Source: an uncultured Gammaproteobacteria bacterium
Lineage (GTDB): Bacteria > Pseudomonadota > Gammaproteobacteria > UBA9214
NCBI GenBank assembly: GCA_963773065.1
Contig: CAVYZN010000008.1
Span: forward strand, 128,001-192,000
DNA: 64,000 nt
Direction: 5' to 3'
The notes under the pieces are model-generated. The model was not told the DNA's origin. It searched no databases and saw nothing but the letters and a program-made list of their open reading frames with translations. The position numbers and the translations under genes were made by a program. Of the stretch, positions 55,451 to 64,000 are shown piece by piece; within the stretch, counting starts at the first letter, position 1, and the number at the start of each line of letters is the position of its first letter.

Positions 55451-55699
55451 TCACTCCAGCCACTCCAGCAGGTAATAGAGAAACTGGCCTTCCGATGACT
55501 TCGACGGTCCCACCACGCGCGCGGCATGGCGCCGGTGCGGCGGGTCGGCGGCCTCGATGGCCGCTTCCCGGGAAGCGAAGACCTCCACGCAACCGGCCGG
55601 GTAGCGCTTGCGATTGCGGCGCGGCGTGAAGATGACCACGAAGCGCACCTGCGAGACGCCGGTCTCGGGATCGGGAGGCACCATGCCGCGCAGGCTCAT
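55451..55699 (-). CDS. Small hypothetical protein (start uncertain)
   Basis: RKRYPAGCV..AARVVGPSKSSEG..YYLLEW; its stop codon is the MITE target. Confidence 0.65.
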   Translation of the reverse strand: MSLRGMVPPDPETGVSQVRFVVIFTPRRNRKRYPAGCVEVFASREAAIEAADPPHRRHAARVVGPSKSSEGQFLYYLLEWLE

Positions 55700-55785
55700 C
55701 TCAGCGCCGCTCCCGGCAGGTTCTCGAATCCGCCTTCGGCGAGCGCCCTCAGGATGCGTTCCTCTGCAATGCTATCGATCAACAT
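55696..55785 (-). pseudogene. DUF1992-like N-terminal fragment
   Basis: MLIDSIAEERILRALAEGGFENLPG then premature end. Confidence 0.6.
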
Positions 55786-55813
55786 GCCCCGGTTCCCGCC
55801 TTGACCCGAACCG

Positions 55814-56284
55814 TCAACGACGCTCGAGCAGTTCCGGCCGCAACATCCACAGCAGGATCCACCGCTCGACGTCGCACCGTTCCAGGCAAACCACGCTGCC
55901 GGGAAGAAACCCCACGACCCCGCGTTCCGGGTCCTCCGCCACCAGCCATGCAACCAGCCGTGACAAGAACGGCAGGTGTCCGACCACCAGGGTATCCTGC
56001 TCCCAGACGTCGGCATCGGAAACAAACCCGGCAACCGGATCGTTGGGTTCGATCCCGCCGATCGCTTCCACCGCGCCCCCGTGCAACACCGCTTTCGCCA
56101 GGATTTGCGCCGTCTGCTCGGCGCGCCGCTTGCCGCTGTGCCAGACACGCTCGACCCGGATGCCCGCGCCTTTGAGGAATTTCGCCATGGCCTGCACCTC
56201 CCGCCGGCCCGGTTCACTCAGGGGACGGGCCGGATCGACATCCTTGGCGAGCGCCTCGCCATGCTGTACCAGATAGAGTTTCAT
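55814..56284 (-). CDS. sixA: Phosphohistidine phosphatase SixA family
   Basis: MKLYLVQHGEA, RPLS, SGKRRAEQTA, VVGHLP. Confidence 0.88.
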   Translation of the reverse strand: MKLYLVQHGEALAKDVDPARPLSEPGRREVQAMAKFLKGAGIRVERVWHSGKRRAEQTAQILAKAVLHGGAVEAIGGIEPNDPVAGFVSDADVWEQDTLVVGHLPFLSRLVAWLVAEDPERGVVGFLPGSVVCLERCDVERWILLWMLRPELLERR

Positions 56285-56339
56285 GGGTCGTTCAGGATAA
56301 CGCCGTTCCGGTTCTGGACCAAGGTAAGTTCCGCGCGCG

Positions 56340-57239
56340 TCAGCGCACGATAAAATCAACGACGGCCTGCACCGTCGCCGGGTCACGCAGGATGCGGCGG
56401 TGCCCCAGGCCGCGCGTCATCAGCCACCGCGCCCCCGGCCAGGCGGCGGCGATCATCTCCCCCTGCCGCCAGGGCACATCGAGGTCATCCCGGTCATGCA
56501 CGATCAGCGCCGGAGCGGTCAATGTCCGGGCATTGCTGTCCGTGGACAGCAGCTCCCAGACATTCGCGGCGAAGCGCCGCTCCAACCGGCGGCGCAGGTC
56601 GGTCAGCACGGGAGCCGGCATGGCCAGCACGCGGGCAAAGCGTTCGAGCAGGAACTCGAGCCGCGCCGGCGCGCCGATGCAGACGACGCGCCCGGCGGCC
56701 AGTCCCCGATGCAGGGCATAGGCCAGCACCATGCCGCCAAAAGAGTGGGTGATGGCGCCGTGCAGCGGGCCGTAGGTCGCGGCGATGGCCTGCACCGCGG
56801 CGGCGATTTCCAGGATGTTGGTGCGCCTGCCCGGGGTCTTCCCGTGTGCCGGCGCGTCGAAGCTCAGCACGCAATAACCGGCGGCGGTCAAAGGCCCGAT
56901 AAACGCGGCAACCTGGGTCGCGCGCCCCGACCAGCCGTGCACGAAGACGACGGTCGGTCCCGCACCCCAGCGGTAAACGGCGACCGGTATGCCATCGACT
57001 GGCAGCAGCAGGCGCTCGGCGCTTCCGGCCGCGGCCTGTTCGGCCGCCGGCTCCGCATGGCGGCGGGTACGAAACCACAAGCGGTAGGCCCAGCCCCCCA
57101 TCAGGCCGGGAAACACGGGCCCCAGGGTAGAGAATGCGGCACGCTGGGCGCGTAGCGCGACGGGGGGCGTGCCTCGGCGCTGGCCGGTTCGCCCGGGGGC
57201 ATCGGCCGTTGCGCGGATGCCGAGAAATCTAGCCTTCAT
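56340..57239 (-). CDS. Alpha/beta hydrolase
   Basis: FVHGWSG, DAPAHG, THSFGG, HDRDD, GLGH. Confidence 0.88.
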   Translation of the reverse strand: MKARFLGIRATADAPGRTGQRRGTPPVALRAQRAAFSTLGPVFPGLMGGWAYRLWFRTRRHAEPAAEQAAAGSAERLLLPVDGIPVAVYRWGAGPTVVFVHGWSGRATQVAAFIGPLTAAGYCVLSFDAPAHGKTPGRRTNILEIAAAVQAIAATYGPLHGAITHSFGGMVLAYALHRGLAAGRVVCIGAPARLEFLLERFARVLAMPAPVLTDLRRRLERRFAANVWELLSTDSNARTLTAPALIVHDRDDLDVPWRQGEMIAAAWPGARWLMTRGLGHRRILRDPATVQAVVDFIVR

Positions 57240-57620
57240 CGGACCCGAACAACCCGTCCAGCCGGCGGCGGGCACGTTCGGCATCGCTGGCAATGCCCTC
57301 CGCCCCGCCCTTCTGCGTGTCGCCGAAAAGCGCATCCAGCCGCGCTTTGGCCTCCCGCGCCGGGTCCGCGACCGGCCCCGCATAGGCGTCGGGGCGTGGC
57401 TGGAAATAACCGCAGAAATTCGCGCGCTCCTTGTCCTTGACCTCATCCGCGATCGGCTCGCGGCAACTGTTGGCAACGCCGGGGTCGTAGAATACACACA
57501 GGCGGCAGACGTGCAGATCCGCATGGCAGACCTTGCACTCAGCCAGCCGCGCCAGGGGTAATGGCTCCCCTTCGATTGCAGCGCCGCATTTCCAGCAAAC
57601 CAGAGAGTGTCGATGGCATG
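57229..57620 (-). CDS. Cys-rich hypothetical protein (several apparent frameshifts; absent from ORF track)
   Basis: Pieced translation LVCWKCGA..LARLAECKVCHADLHVCRLCVFYDP..SCREPIADEVKDKERANFCGYF..RLDALF; start approximate. Confidence 0.65.
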
Positions 57621-57850
57621 GTCAAGACCGGCAGGGTATCGATGATGATAACCGAAACATAGTCCGTGAACACGGCCCGAAGCAACCGCCAGCCGCGCCA
57701 TTGCCCCCGACTCGGCCGCCTGCCGGGCGCCGGGAAGCGCGCGGCGCGCGTGCGACACACGGGGCCAGCCCGATAATCCCCGGTTGCCTTCCCAAACACC
57801 GGAATTCGTACCACAATCAGCCCACGCAAACAATTTGGGAGGGCGCGGCG

Positions 57851-58411
57851 ATGATCGGCAAAAAGAATATCGTGTTCGGTTTTTTCTACCTGGTGCTGAC
57901 GGCGGCCCTGGGACCCTACATGGTGAAGGCGGTGTTTCCCGATATCGCCACCGCCGCTGCCGCCAAGCGGGAAAACATGGCGGCTCTGCAGCTCATGGTC
58001 AGCAACGGCTTCGAAGCCGACCTGGAGCCCCTGTCCGCCGCGGAGATTGCGCGCCGCAACACCGGCGCCATCCTCGCCCTCAATGCTCAACTGGGCATGC
58101 AGGAAAAACTGGATGCCATCAAAGGAGGACCCCATGCACACGGCAACCTGGAGGCCCTGCTGAACATCGCCGCCGGTCTGTGTTTGTGTTTCATTTCGGT
58201 GGCGCCGCTGTTCAAGCAGATCATCAGCGGTTTGTTCCTGCTCGGCGCCCTGCTGCATTCGGGCATGCTCTATCTGGCGATCGTGTTTGAAATCCCGTGG
58301 GCAGAGCAGGTGCTGTCGACGGGCATCGGCCCGGTACTGCTGCTGGCGGCCCTGTTGCTGACTGGCATCGCCGCCGCCATCGGATTTCGCGGGCAGCCGG
58401 TGGAACGGTAG
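57851..58411 (+). CDS. Four-TM membrane protein with HAHGNL and HSG motifs
   Basis: GGAGG RBS plus MIGKKNIVFG; hydrophobic segments. Confidence 0.8.
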   Translation: MIGKKNIVFGFFYLVLTAALGPYMVKAVFPDIATAAAAKRENMAALQLMVSNGFEADLEPLSAAEIARRNTGAILALNAQLGMQEKLDAIKGGPHAHGNLEALLNIAAGLCLCFISVAPLFKQIISGLFLLGALLHSGMLYLAIVFEIPWAEQVLSTGIGPVLLLAALLLTGIAAAIGFRGQPVER

Positions 58412-58415
58412 TTAT

Positions 58416-58462
58416 CGCCCGCCCATAAACACCCTTTTTATTTCTTTACGGATGAACACTAC
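58416..58462. repeat. Degenerate empty copy of the 48901-49035 shell
   Basis: ccataaacacc ... ttctttacggatgaacacta matches both arms of the 48.9-kb element. Confidence 0.6.
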
Positions 58463-58499
58463 CTCGCTGCTTATTGGTTATATTTAGGGTGAGGTTTTT

Positions 58500-58541
58500 T
58501 TGACGTGCATCAAGACGAACGTCTGGCTGCAAGTTAATAAT
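58500..58541 (+). promoter_or_regulatory. FNR/CRP-family box and -10 (class II geometry)
   Basis: TTGACgtgcATCAA (9 of 10 to TTGAT-N4-ATCAA) with TAATAAT at 58535-58541. Confidence 0.65.
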
Positions 58542-58613
58542 GCGCCCTTATTACCGAGAAACGCAGGCGCACCCATCCTGCGTAAACAACACCTGTTCAT
58601 CTGGAGGTGACCT

Positions 58614-59270
58614 ATGAAACCACAACAAATCCCGAAATTTGCGTTGTCCGCCGCGGTGATTACCCTGGCACTCGCGGGAGCAGTCAGCCTGCCCGGAACC
58701 GCCCTTGCCGAGGAAGCCGCTCAGGCCACGGCTCCCGCCCCTGCCGCGGCCGCCCCGCCAGCCGCACAGCCCGCGCCACCCGGCCCTGCCACGGCCGCGC
58801 CAGACGCCCAGCCACCGGCAACTGCACCGGCCGCGTCCGAAGCAGCCGCGCCACAAGCCGCACCGCCAGCGGAAGCGGAAGCGGAAGAAAATAAAGCCGC
58901 CGGTCCCCGCTCCGGTTCATCGAGTAGCTACTACCGCAATCGTGATCGCTTCCGCGAACGCATGGAAGCCCAGCGGGAAGCCCGCCAGCAGGCCCTGGAA
59001 CAGTATCGCAGCGCCCGCCGCTGGTGGAGCAATCCCTATGCGGAACAACGCCGCCTCTGGAACAAGGCGCGAGCCGAGTGGTACCAGAACCAGGCCGAGC
59101 AGCGCCGGCAATACTACGAGCAGCACCAACCCGCCTACGGCTACGAGTATGAGGAGCCCGGCTACGACTATGAGTATTCTTACGGTCCCGATTATTACTA
59201 CGGGCGCAGCAATACCAGCCCAGGGCGCTGGAACGACGTTCCCTATGGTGGTTGGGGTCCCGGGTACTGA
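58614..59270 (+). CDS. Exported low-complexity protein, sulfur-globule-protein-like
   Basis: GGAGGT RBS; signal peptide (ALA); Ala/Pro tract, R/E/Q helix, Tyr/Gly/Pro tail; function inferred from composition. Confidence 0.6.
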   Translation: MKPQQIPKFALSAAVITLALAGAVSLPGTALAEEAAQATAPAPAAAAPPAAQPAPPGPATAAPDAQPPATAPAASEAAAPQAAPPAEAEAEENKAAGPRSGSSSSYYRNRDRFRERMEAQREARQQALEQYRSARRWWSNPYAEQRRLWNKARAEWYQNQAEQRRQYYEQHQPAYGYEYEEPGYDYEYSYGPDYYYGRSNTSPGRWNDVPYGGWGPGY

Positions 59271-59361
59271 TTCCCGCCCGCACGCAACCGACCCGTACGC
59301 CCCGGACCCGGGGCGGCGGGAGGTAGGCCCCCGCCGTGTTACCTATACCGGCCACGACACA

Positions 59362-61214
59362 TCACGGCGACAGGCCGGGGTACTGCAGATCCTGCAGCGT
59401 GAGCGGCGGTACGTAGACGCCCAGCGGCTTGCTGGTCCACCACTGGCCGGTTTTGCGTTTCATTTCCGGCGTAGCAAAGTTATACAGTTCCAGGCGCGCC
59501 CGCAGGTATTTGGGCGGCTGGTCCGGAAAAGGATTGTTGTCGAGCAGCGCAAGCACATCCGGCGAGCCCTCCAGCAGGCAGCGCATGAAATCATAAAACC
59601 AGTAGGCCACGCGCGAATTCGGCGGATACAGGGCGGCGAACCACATCTGCCAGTCGAGGCGCGGTTGATGGGGCACGACGAACGGCGGCCGGCGCGTGAG
59701 TTCTCCCGGTTTGTATTTGAATCCGTAGGTCTTCCACTCCTTGCCATCGGAAGACCCCTCGACCACCAGCTCCGGTCGCGTCGTAGTCACGATGGGAAAC
59801 ACGTGATAATTGTTGACGATATGCCATTGCACCAGCACCCGCACGAGCGGCTCGTTGAAGGCGGGTAGCGCACGCCCCGTCGTCGTGGACCACATCATGC
59901 TGAGCGTGCTCGACACGATCACCACGGCGAGCAGACCGGCGAACGCATTGGCGAAACGCCCCGGCACCGGCGTGACGACCCGCAGGAAAACCCGCCTCAT
60001 CGACCGGGCGGCCGCCTTCGGCCATTCCTCGTGACGCAGCCAGCGAAACGCCCGGTCGTCAAACAGCAGCAGGCACAGGACGATGGTGAGCAGGTTGAAG
60101 AAGTTGTGGTTGCTCGTCAGCATGATGAGCACCTGCATCAGTATGGTGGTCCAGGCCGCGAACACTCGCGGGCGCCGCGGCAGGAACATCATGAAAGGCA
60201 CCAGCAATTCGACGAAAAAGGTCCAGCCGACCCCCACCCGCAGCAGCCACTCCGGCAGTTGGTGGGCGTACCAGGCGCCGATGTGCGGCAGTGGCTGGGT
60301 CTCGAAATAGTAGTCGAGCGCGGTGAAGTTGGCCCAGGCCTCGTCGCCGCTGGTCAGCTTGGACAGACCGGAGAGAAACCGCAACCTGAACAGCACCCAG
60401 TGCAGCAGGAAGAGTATGAACGGCGACCCATAGGGAAGAAAGATCGCCAGGAAACCGGCCTCAAGCAGCAGGGAATCCCACTGGAAATTGAAGAAGACCT
60501 GTCCGGCATATACCACGGAGAGGTAAAGCAGGAACAGCAGGGGCAGCATGAGCCGCGACAGGATGTTAGCGAACAGCAGCAGGGAGGCGCCCACGCCAAA
60601 GAGAGAGACCGCTTTCAGCGCCGTGTTGCCGGATCCAGCCAGAACACGCTGGGAAATATCCAGTAGGCGTTGCTTCCGTATTGCGCGGCCATGGCCTTAA
60701 GGTCCGCCTGTACCGGCAGGATGCCCTGACTGCCGACCAGTCCCTCGGCCTGCAGGCCGAAGGAGGCGAAGGCGGCCAGGTAGATCAGCGCCAGGCCGCG
60801 CAGGAACAGCCAACTGACGAGATGGTATTGCGCGGGATAGCGCTCCCGCCCCCAGCACAGGCGCGCCAGGCGGTGTGCCCCCACCCGGTGGCGCGACACG
60901 AAACGATACAACGCCTCGCTGAGCCGTGAACAACCCGGCAGATGACGATAACAGCCCAGTGCCGCCGTGCGCCCGCCTGCGGCGAGCACCCGGAATGCCG
61001 CCTCGGCCCCGCTGTAGCGCTGCCCTTCCGGGGTCAGCAGTTGAATGGAACGGGCAAACTCCCCGGGCGTAATCCCGGGATAGCGGCCGGCGACCGCCTG
61101 ATACGGCTGATAGTCGACGGCATCCCCGGTCAGGCGCTGCCAATAGCGCACCTGGTAGGCGCAGAAGGCGCACTCGCCGTCGTAGATCAGTACCGGTCTG
61201 TTCGTGTCTTGCAT
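59362..61214 (-). CDS. Lipase maturation factor family protein with N-terminal DCC (DUF393) domain; apparent frameshift near 60630
   Basis: LIYDGECAFC; FQWDSLLLEAGFL, YFETQPLP, PHQPRLDWQMWFAAL. Confidence 0.88.
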
Positions 61215-61430
61215 ATCCTTGCGATGGCGAGCCGGAGGCGGTCTGGACACCCATTACTATAGTCGCGCCGGTGCAGCCGCGCTAATTTCTCGCGCGCGTG
61301 CTGCTTGGCGCCGGGGCCGCCGGGCATGTCGTCTGTCTGATATACATCAACAGCGAATGCGGGGGTATGCACTATGCTTTACACAGCCATGAGTTGCATG
61401 AGAGGCATTTTTTCTGGTTCATCGAGGCGC

Positions 61431-62170
61431 ATGAAAACACGGCGCGGAGCGCTTGCCGCCATGCTCTGCACGCTGAGCGCATCCGTCAGTATGGCCGGCC
61501 CCGGCGACGATCCGTACCGGGCGGCGCGCCTGGCCATGGTGGAGGAAATCGCGGCGGATGTTCGACTGACCAGTGAGTCGCTCAATAAGGAGACGCTCGA
61601 CCCCAGGGTCCTTGAAGCCATGGCGACCGTGCCACGGCATGAACTGGTGCCCGAGGAGTTGCGGGACGTGGCCTATGAAAACCGACCGCTGCCGATCGGC
61701 CACGGACAGACCATCTCCCAGCCTTACATCGTGGCGGTCATGACGGATCTCCTTAAACCGCAACCCACGCAGCGCGTGCTCGAGATCGGCACCGGTTCCG
61801 GCTACCAGGCGGCCATCCTGGAGCAATTGGCGTGGAGGTTTATACCATCGAGATTATCGCGGCACTGGGCGAGCAGGCCCGCGATAATCTCGACCGTCTG
61901 GGTTATAAAAATATCGAGGTGCGCATCGGCGACGGCTACAATGGCTGGGAGGAACAGGCGCCGTTTGATGCCATCGTGGTGACGGCGGCGGCCAGCCATA
62001 TCCCCCCGCCGCTGATCAAACAACTGAAGAACGGCGGTCGCATGGTTATACCCGTTGGCAGCCGCTTCATGGTCCAGCAACTGCTGCTGGTGGAAAAAGA
62101 TCAGGCCGGCGAGGTGATCACCCGCCAGATACTGCCGGTGCGCTTCGTGCCCCTGACGGGTATGCATTAG
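61431..62170 (+). CDS. pcm: Protein-L-isoaspartate O-methyltransferase with N-terminal leader; apparent frameshift near 61830
   Basis: [41 protein letters not shown]. Confidence 0.9.
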
Positions 62171-62303
62171 GCAAGTTCTGATGTGTCGTCATTGCGAGGA
62201 ACAAAGTGACGAAGCAATCTCTAAGCAGTCGATCCTAAACCAGGAGATTGCCGCGCTGCGCTTGCAATGACAACTATCTATCAATTAATCAGAGATTCCT
62301 TAG
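62167..62303. repeat. GTCATTGCGAG-type REP hairpin inside degenerate outer inverted repeats
   Basis: gtcattgcgag..gaagcaatct / gagattgc..cttgcaatgac (62188-62271); outer ttaggcaagttctgat / atcagagattccttag (11 of 16). Confidence 0.7.
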
Positions 62304-62341
62304 CACGCCCGTGCCTGGCGGCAGCGATAACCTCCCCCGTG

Positions 62342-64000
62342 ATGCCGGTTACCGATGTCGCCCCCGAGGACATCCCACACCTGCCCGGCGTTTCGGTGGC
62401 CCTGATTTCCGCCGCGGCGCTGGCTTACGAAGTCCTGTTGATGCGCCTGTTCTCGATCATCCAGTGGCATCATTTTGCCTACATGATCATCAGCCTGGCC
62501 CTGCTCGGCTATGGCGCCAGCGGCACCTTCATCACCCTGGCAGGTCCTTTCCTGTTGCGGCGTTTCAACCGGTCCTACTGGCTCTGTCTCGCCCTGTTCG
62601 GCCTGTCCGCCGTCGCCTGTTATCTGCTGGCGCAGCGATTACCCTTCAACGCCGAGGAAGTGCTGTGGGACTGGCGCCAGCCGCTGCGCCTGCTCGCACT
62701 CTATCTGCTCCTGGCGCTGCCCTTCTTCTTTGCAGCATGCGGCCTCGCGCTGGCGCTCACTCGCTACGGGAAGGACGTGTCGAGGATCTATGCGGCCGAC
62801 CTGCTGGGGGCCGGCGCGGGCAGCCTCGGCATCGTGTTGCTGCTGTTTGGCGTAGTTCCCGGCACCGCCCTGAAATTCATCGGCGCACTCGGGCCGCTCT
62901 CCGCGTTTGTTGCAACCCGGGAGCTGCGCATGGCGCAGCGCCGCTGGCCGGTCATGGCCCTGCTGGGCGCGGCGCTGCTGATCGCCTTGCCTGGCACGTG
63001 GCTGGAACTGCAGATCTCGCCCTACAAGGGACTGCCCCAGACACTGCGCATCACCGGCACGCGGGTCATCGCGGAACGTTCCAGCCCGCTCGGTCTGCTG
63101 ACGGTGGTGGACAGTCCGCGCATCCCGCTGCGCCATGCGCCCGGCCTGAGCCTGTTAGCGAGCGCCCCGATTCCCGCGCAGCTCGGCCTGTTCACCGATG
63201 CGGACAGCATGACGGCGATCAACCAAAATCCCAGGCAGCAGCGACTGGATTACCTGGAAGCGCTGACCTCCGCCCTGCCCTATTACCTGGCGGAGCCGAA
63301 ACATGTGCTGGTCCTGGGCGCCGGAGGCGGAACCGAGGTGCAGCAGGCGCTCAACCACGGCGTGCCGCGGGTCGATGCGGTTGAACTCAACCCCCAGGTC
63401 ATCGAACTCGTCCGGGACGACTTCGGTGACTACGCGGGACGGCTCTATGAACGCGACGGCGTACAGGTGCATATTGCCGATGCGCGCGGGTTCATCAGGG
63501 AGAGCCGGGAGCGCTACGATCTGATACAGATCAGCCTGCTGGATGCCTACGGCGCATCCAGCGCCGGCCTCTACGCGCTGAACGAGAGTTATATCTACAC
63601 CGTCGAGGCTCTGCGGGATTACCTGAAGCGGCTCACGCCCGGCGGCTGCCTCGCGATCAGCCGCTGGATCAAGCTGCCGCCGCGCGATTCGCTGAAGCTG
63701 TTCGCCACCGCGGTACGCACTCTCCGGGAAAACGGCGTTGCCGCGCCGGCGCAGCAACTGGCGCTGATCCGCGGCTGGCAGACCAGCACGCTGCTGGTAA
63801 AGAACACACCCTTTACGGCGCGGGAGATCGCGAAAATGCGCGACTTCTGCAAGGCGCGTGCGTTTGATGTCGCCTGGTATCCGGGCATGACGGAAGCCGA
63901 GGCCAATCGTTTCAATATCCTGGAACAGCCGTATTTCTTCCGGGCCGCCACGGCCCTGAGCGGCAGTGACGCTGCGGACTTCATGGCGCGTTACAAGTTC
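62342..64000 (+). CDS. Multi-TM protein fused to a spermidine-synthase-like SAM-binding domain (runs off window; absent from ORF track)
   Basis: Manual translation ALAYEVLLMRLFSIIQWHHFAYMIISLALLG, IYAADLLGAG, VLVLGAGGG, AVELNP, ADARGFI, YDLIQI. Confidence 0.85.
   Translation, partial: MPVTDVAPEDIPHLPGVSVALISAAALAYEVLLMRLFSIIQWHHFAYMIISLALLGYGASGTFITLAGPFLLRRFNRSYWLCLALFGLSAVACYLLAQRLPFNAEEVLWDWRQPLRLLALYLLLALPFFFAACGLALALTRYGKDVSRIYAADLLGAGAGSLGIVLLLFGVVPGTALKFIGALGPLSAFVATRELRMAQRRWPVMALLGAALLIALPGTWLELQISPYKGLPQTLRITGTRVIAERSSPLGLLTVVDSPRIPLRHAPGLSLLASAPIPAQLGLFTDADSMTAINQNPRQQRLDYLEALTSALPYYLAEPKHVLVLGAGGGTEVQQALNHGVPRVDAVELNPQVIELVRDDFGDYAGRLYERDGVQVHIADARGFIRESRERYDLIQISLLDAYGASSAGLYALNESYIYTVEALRDYLKRLTPGGCLAISRWIKLPPRDSLKLFATAVRTLRENGVAAPAQQLALIRGWQTSTLLVKNTPFTAREIAKMRDFCKARAFDVAWYPGMTEAEANRFNILEQPYFFRAATALSGSDAADFMARYKF

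Overview
High-GC gammaproteobacterial chromosome segment, possibly from a sulfur oxidiser (inference from accessory genes). Bases 1-44,000 are core genes, almost all on the minus strand: the start of the dcw cluster (mraZ-rsmH-ftsL-ftsI-murE-murF), ssb/MFS/uvrA, the alpha, spc, S10, str and rif ribosomal/RNA polymerase clusters, two tuf copies and four tRNAs. Single-base indels interrupt several genes, including single-copy essential rpoB, so they are most likely long-read consensus errors. Bases 44,000-64,000 are accessory. The best candidate for an undescribed system is a lower-GC three-gene operon at 50,232-51,989. It encodes a TIGR04255-like protein, a WDGY-motif protein and a small protein with an R-S-H ADP-ribosyltransferase-like motif set, and may be a chaperone/antitoxin/toxin anti-phage module (inference). 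Next to it is retroelement debris: a group IIC intron 5' half running directly into a broken Avd-like four-helix-bundle gene. Other oddities are a ~57-aa lower-GC insertion in RpoB, G/T-skewed codon usage in both tuf genes, an FNR-box-preceded sulfur-globule-like protein, and several families of small, sometimes nested, palindromic elements. Family calls come from motif recognition only; no searches were run.
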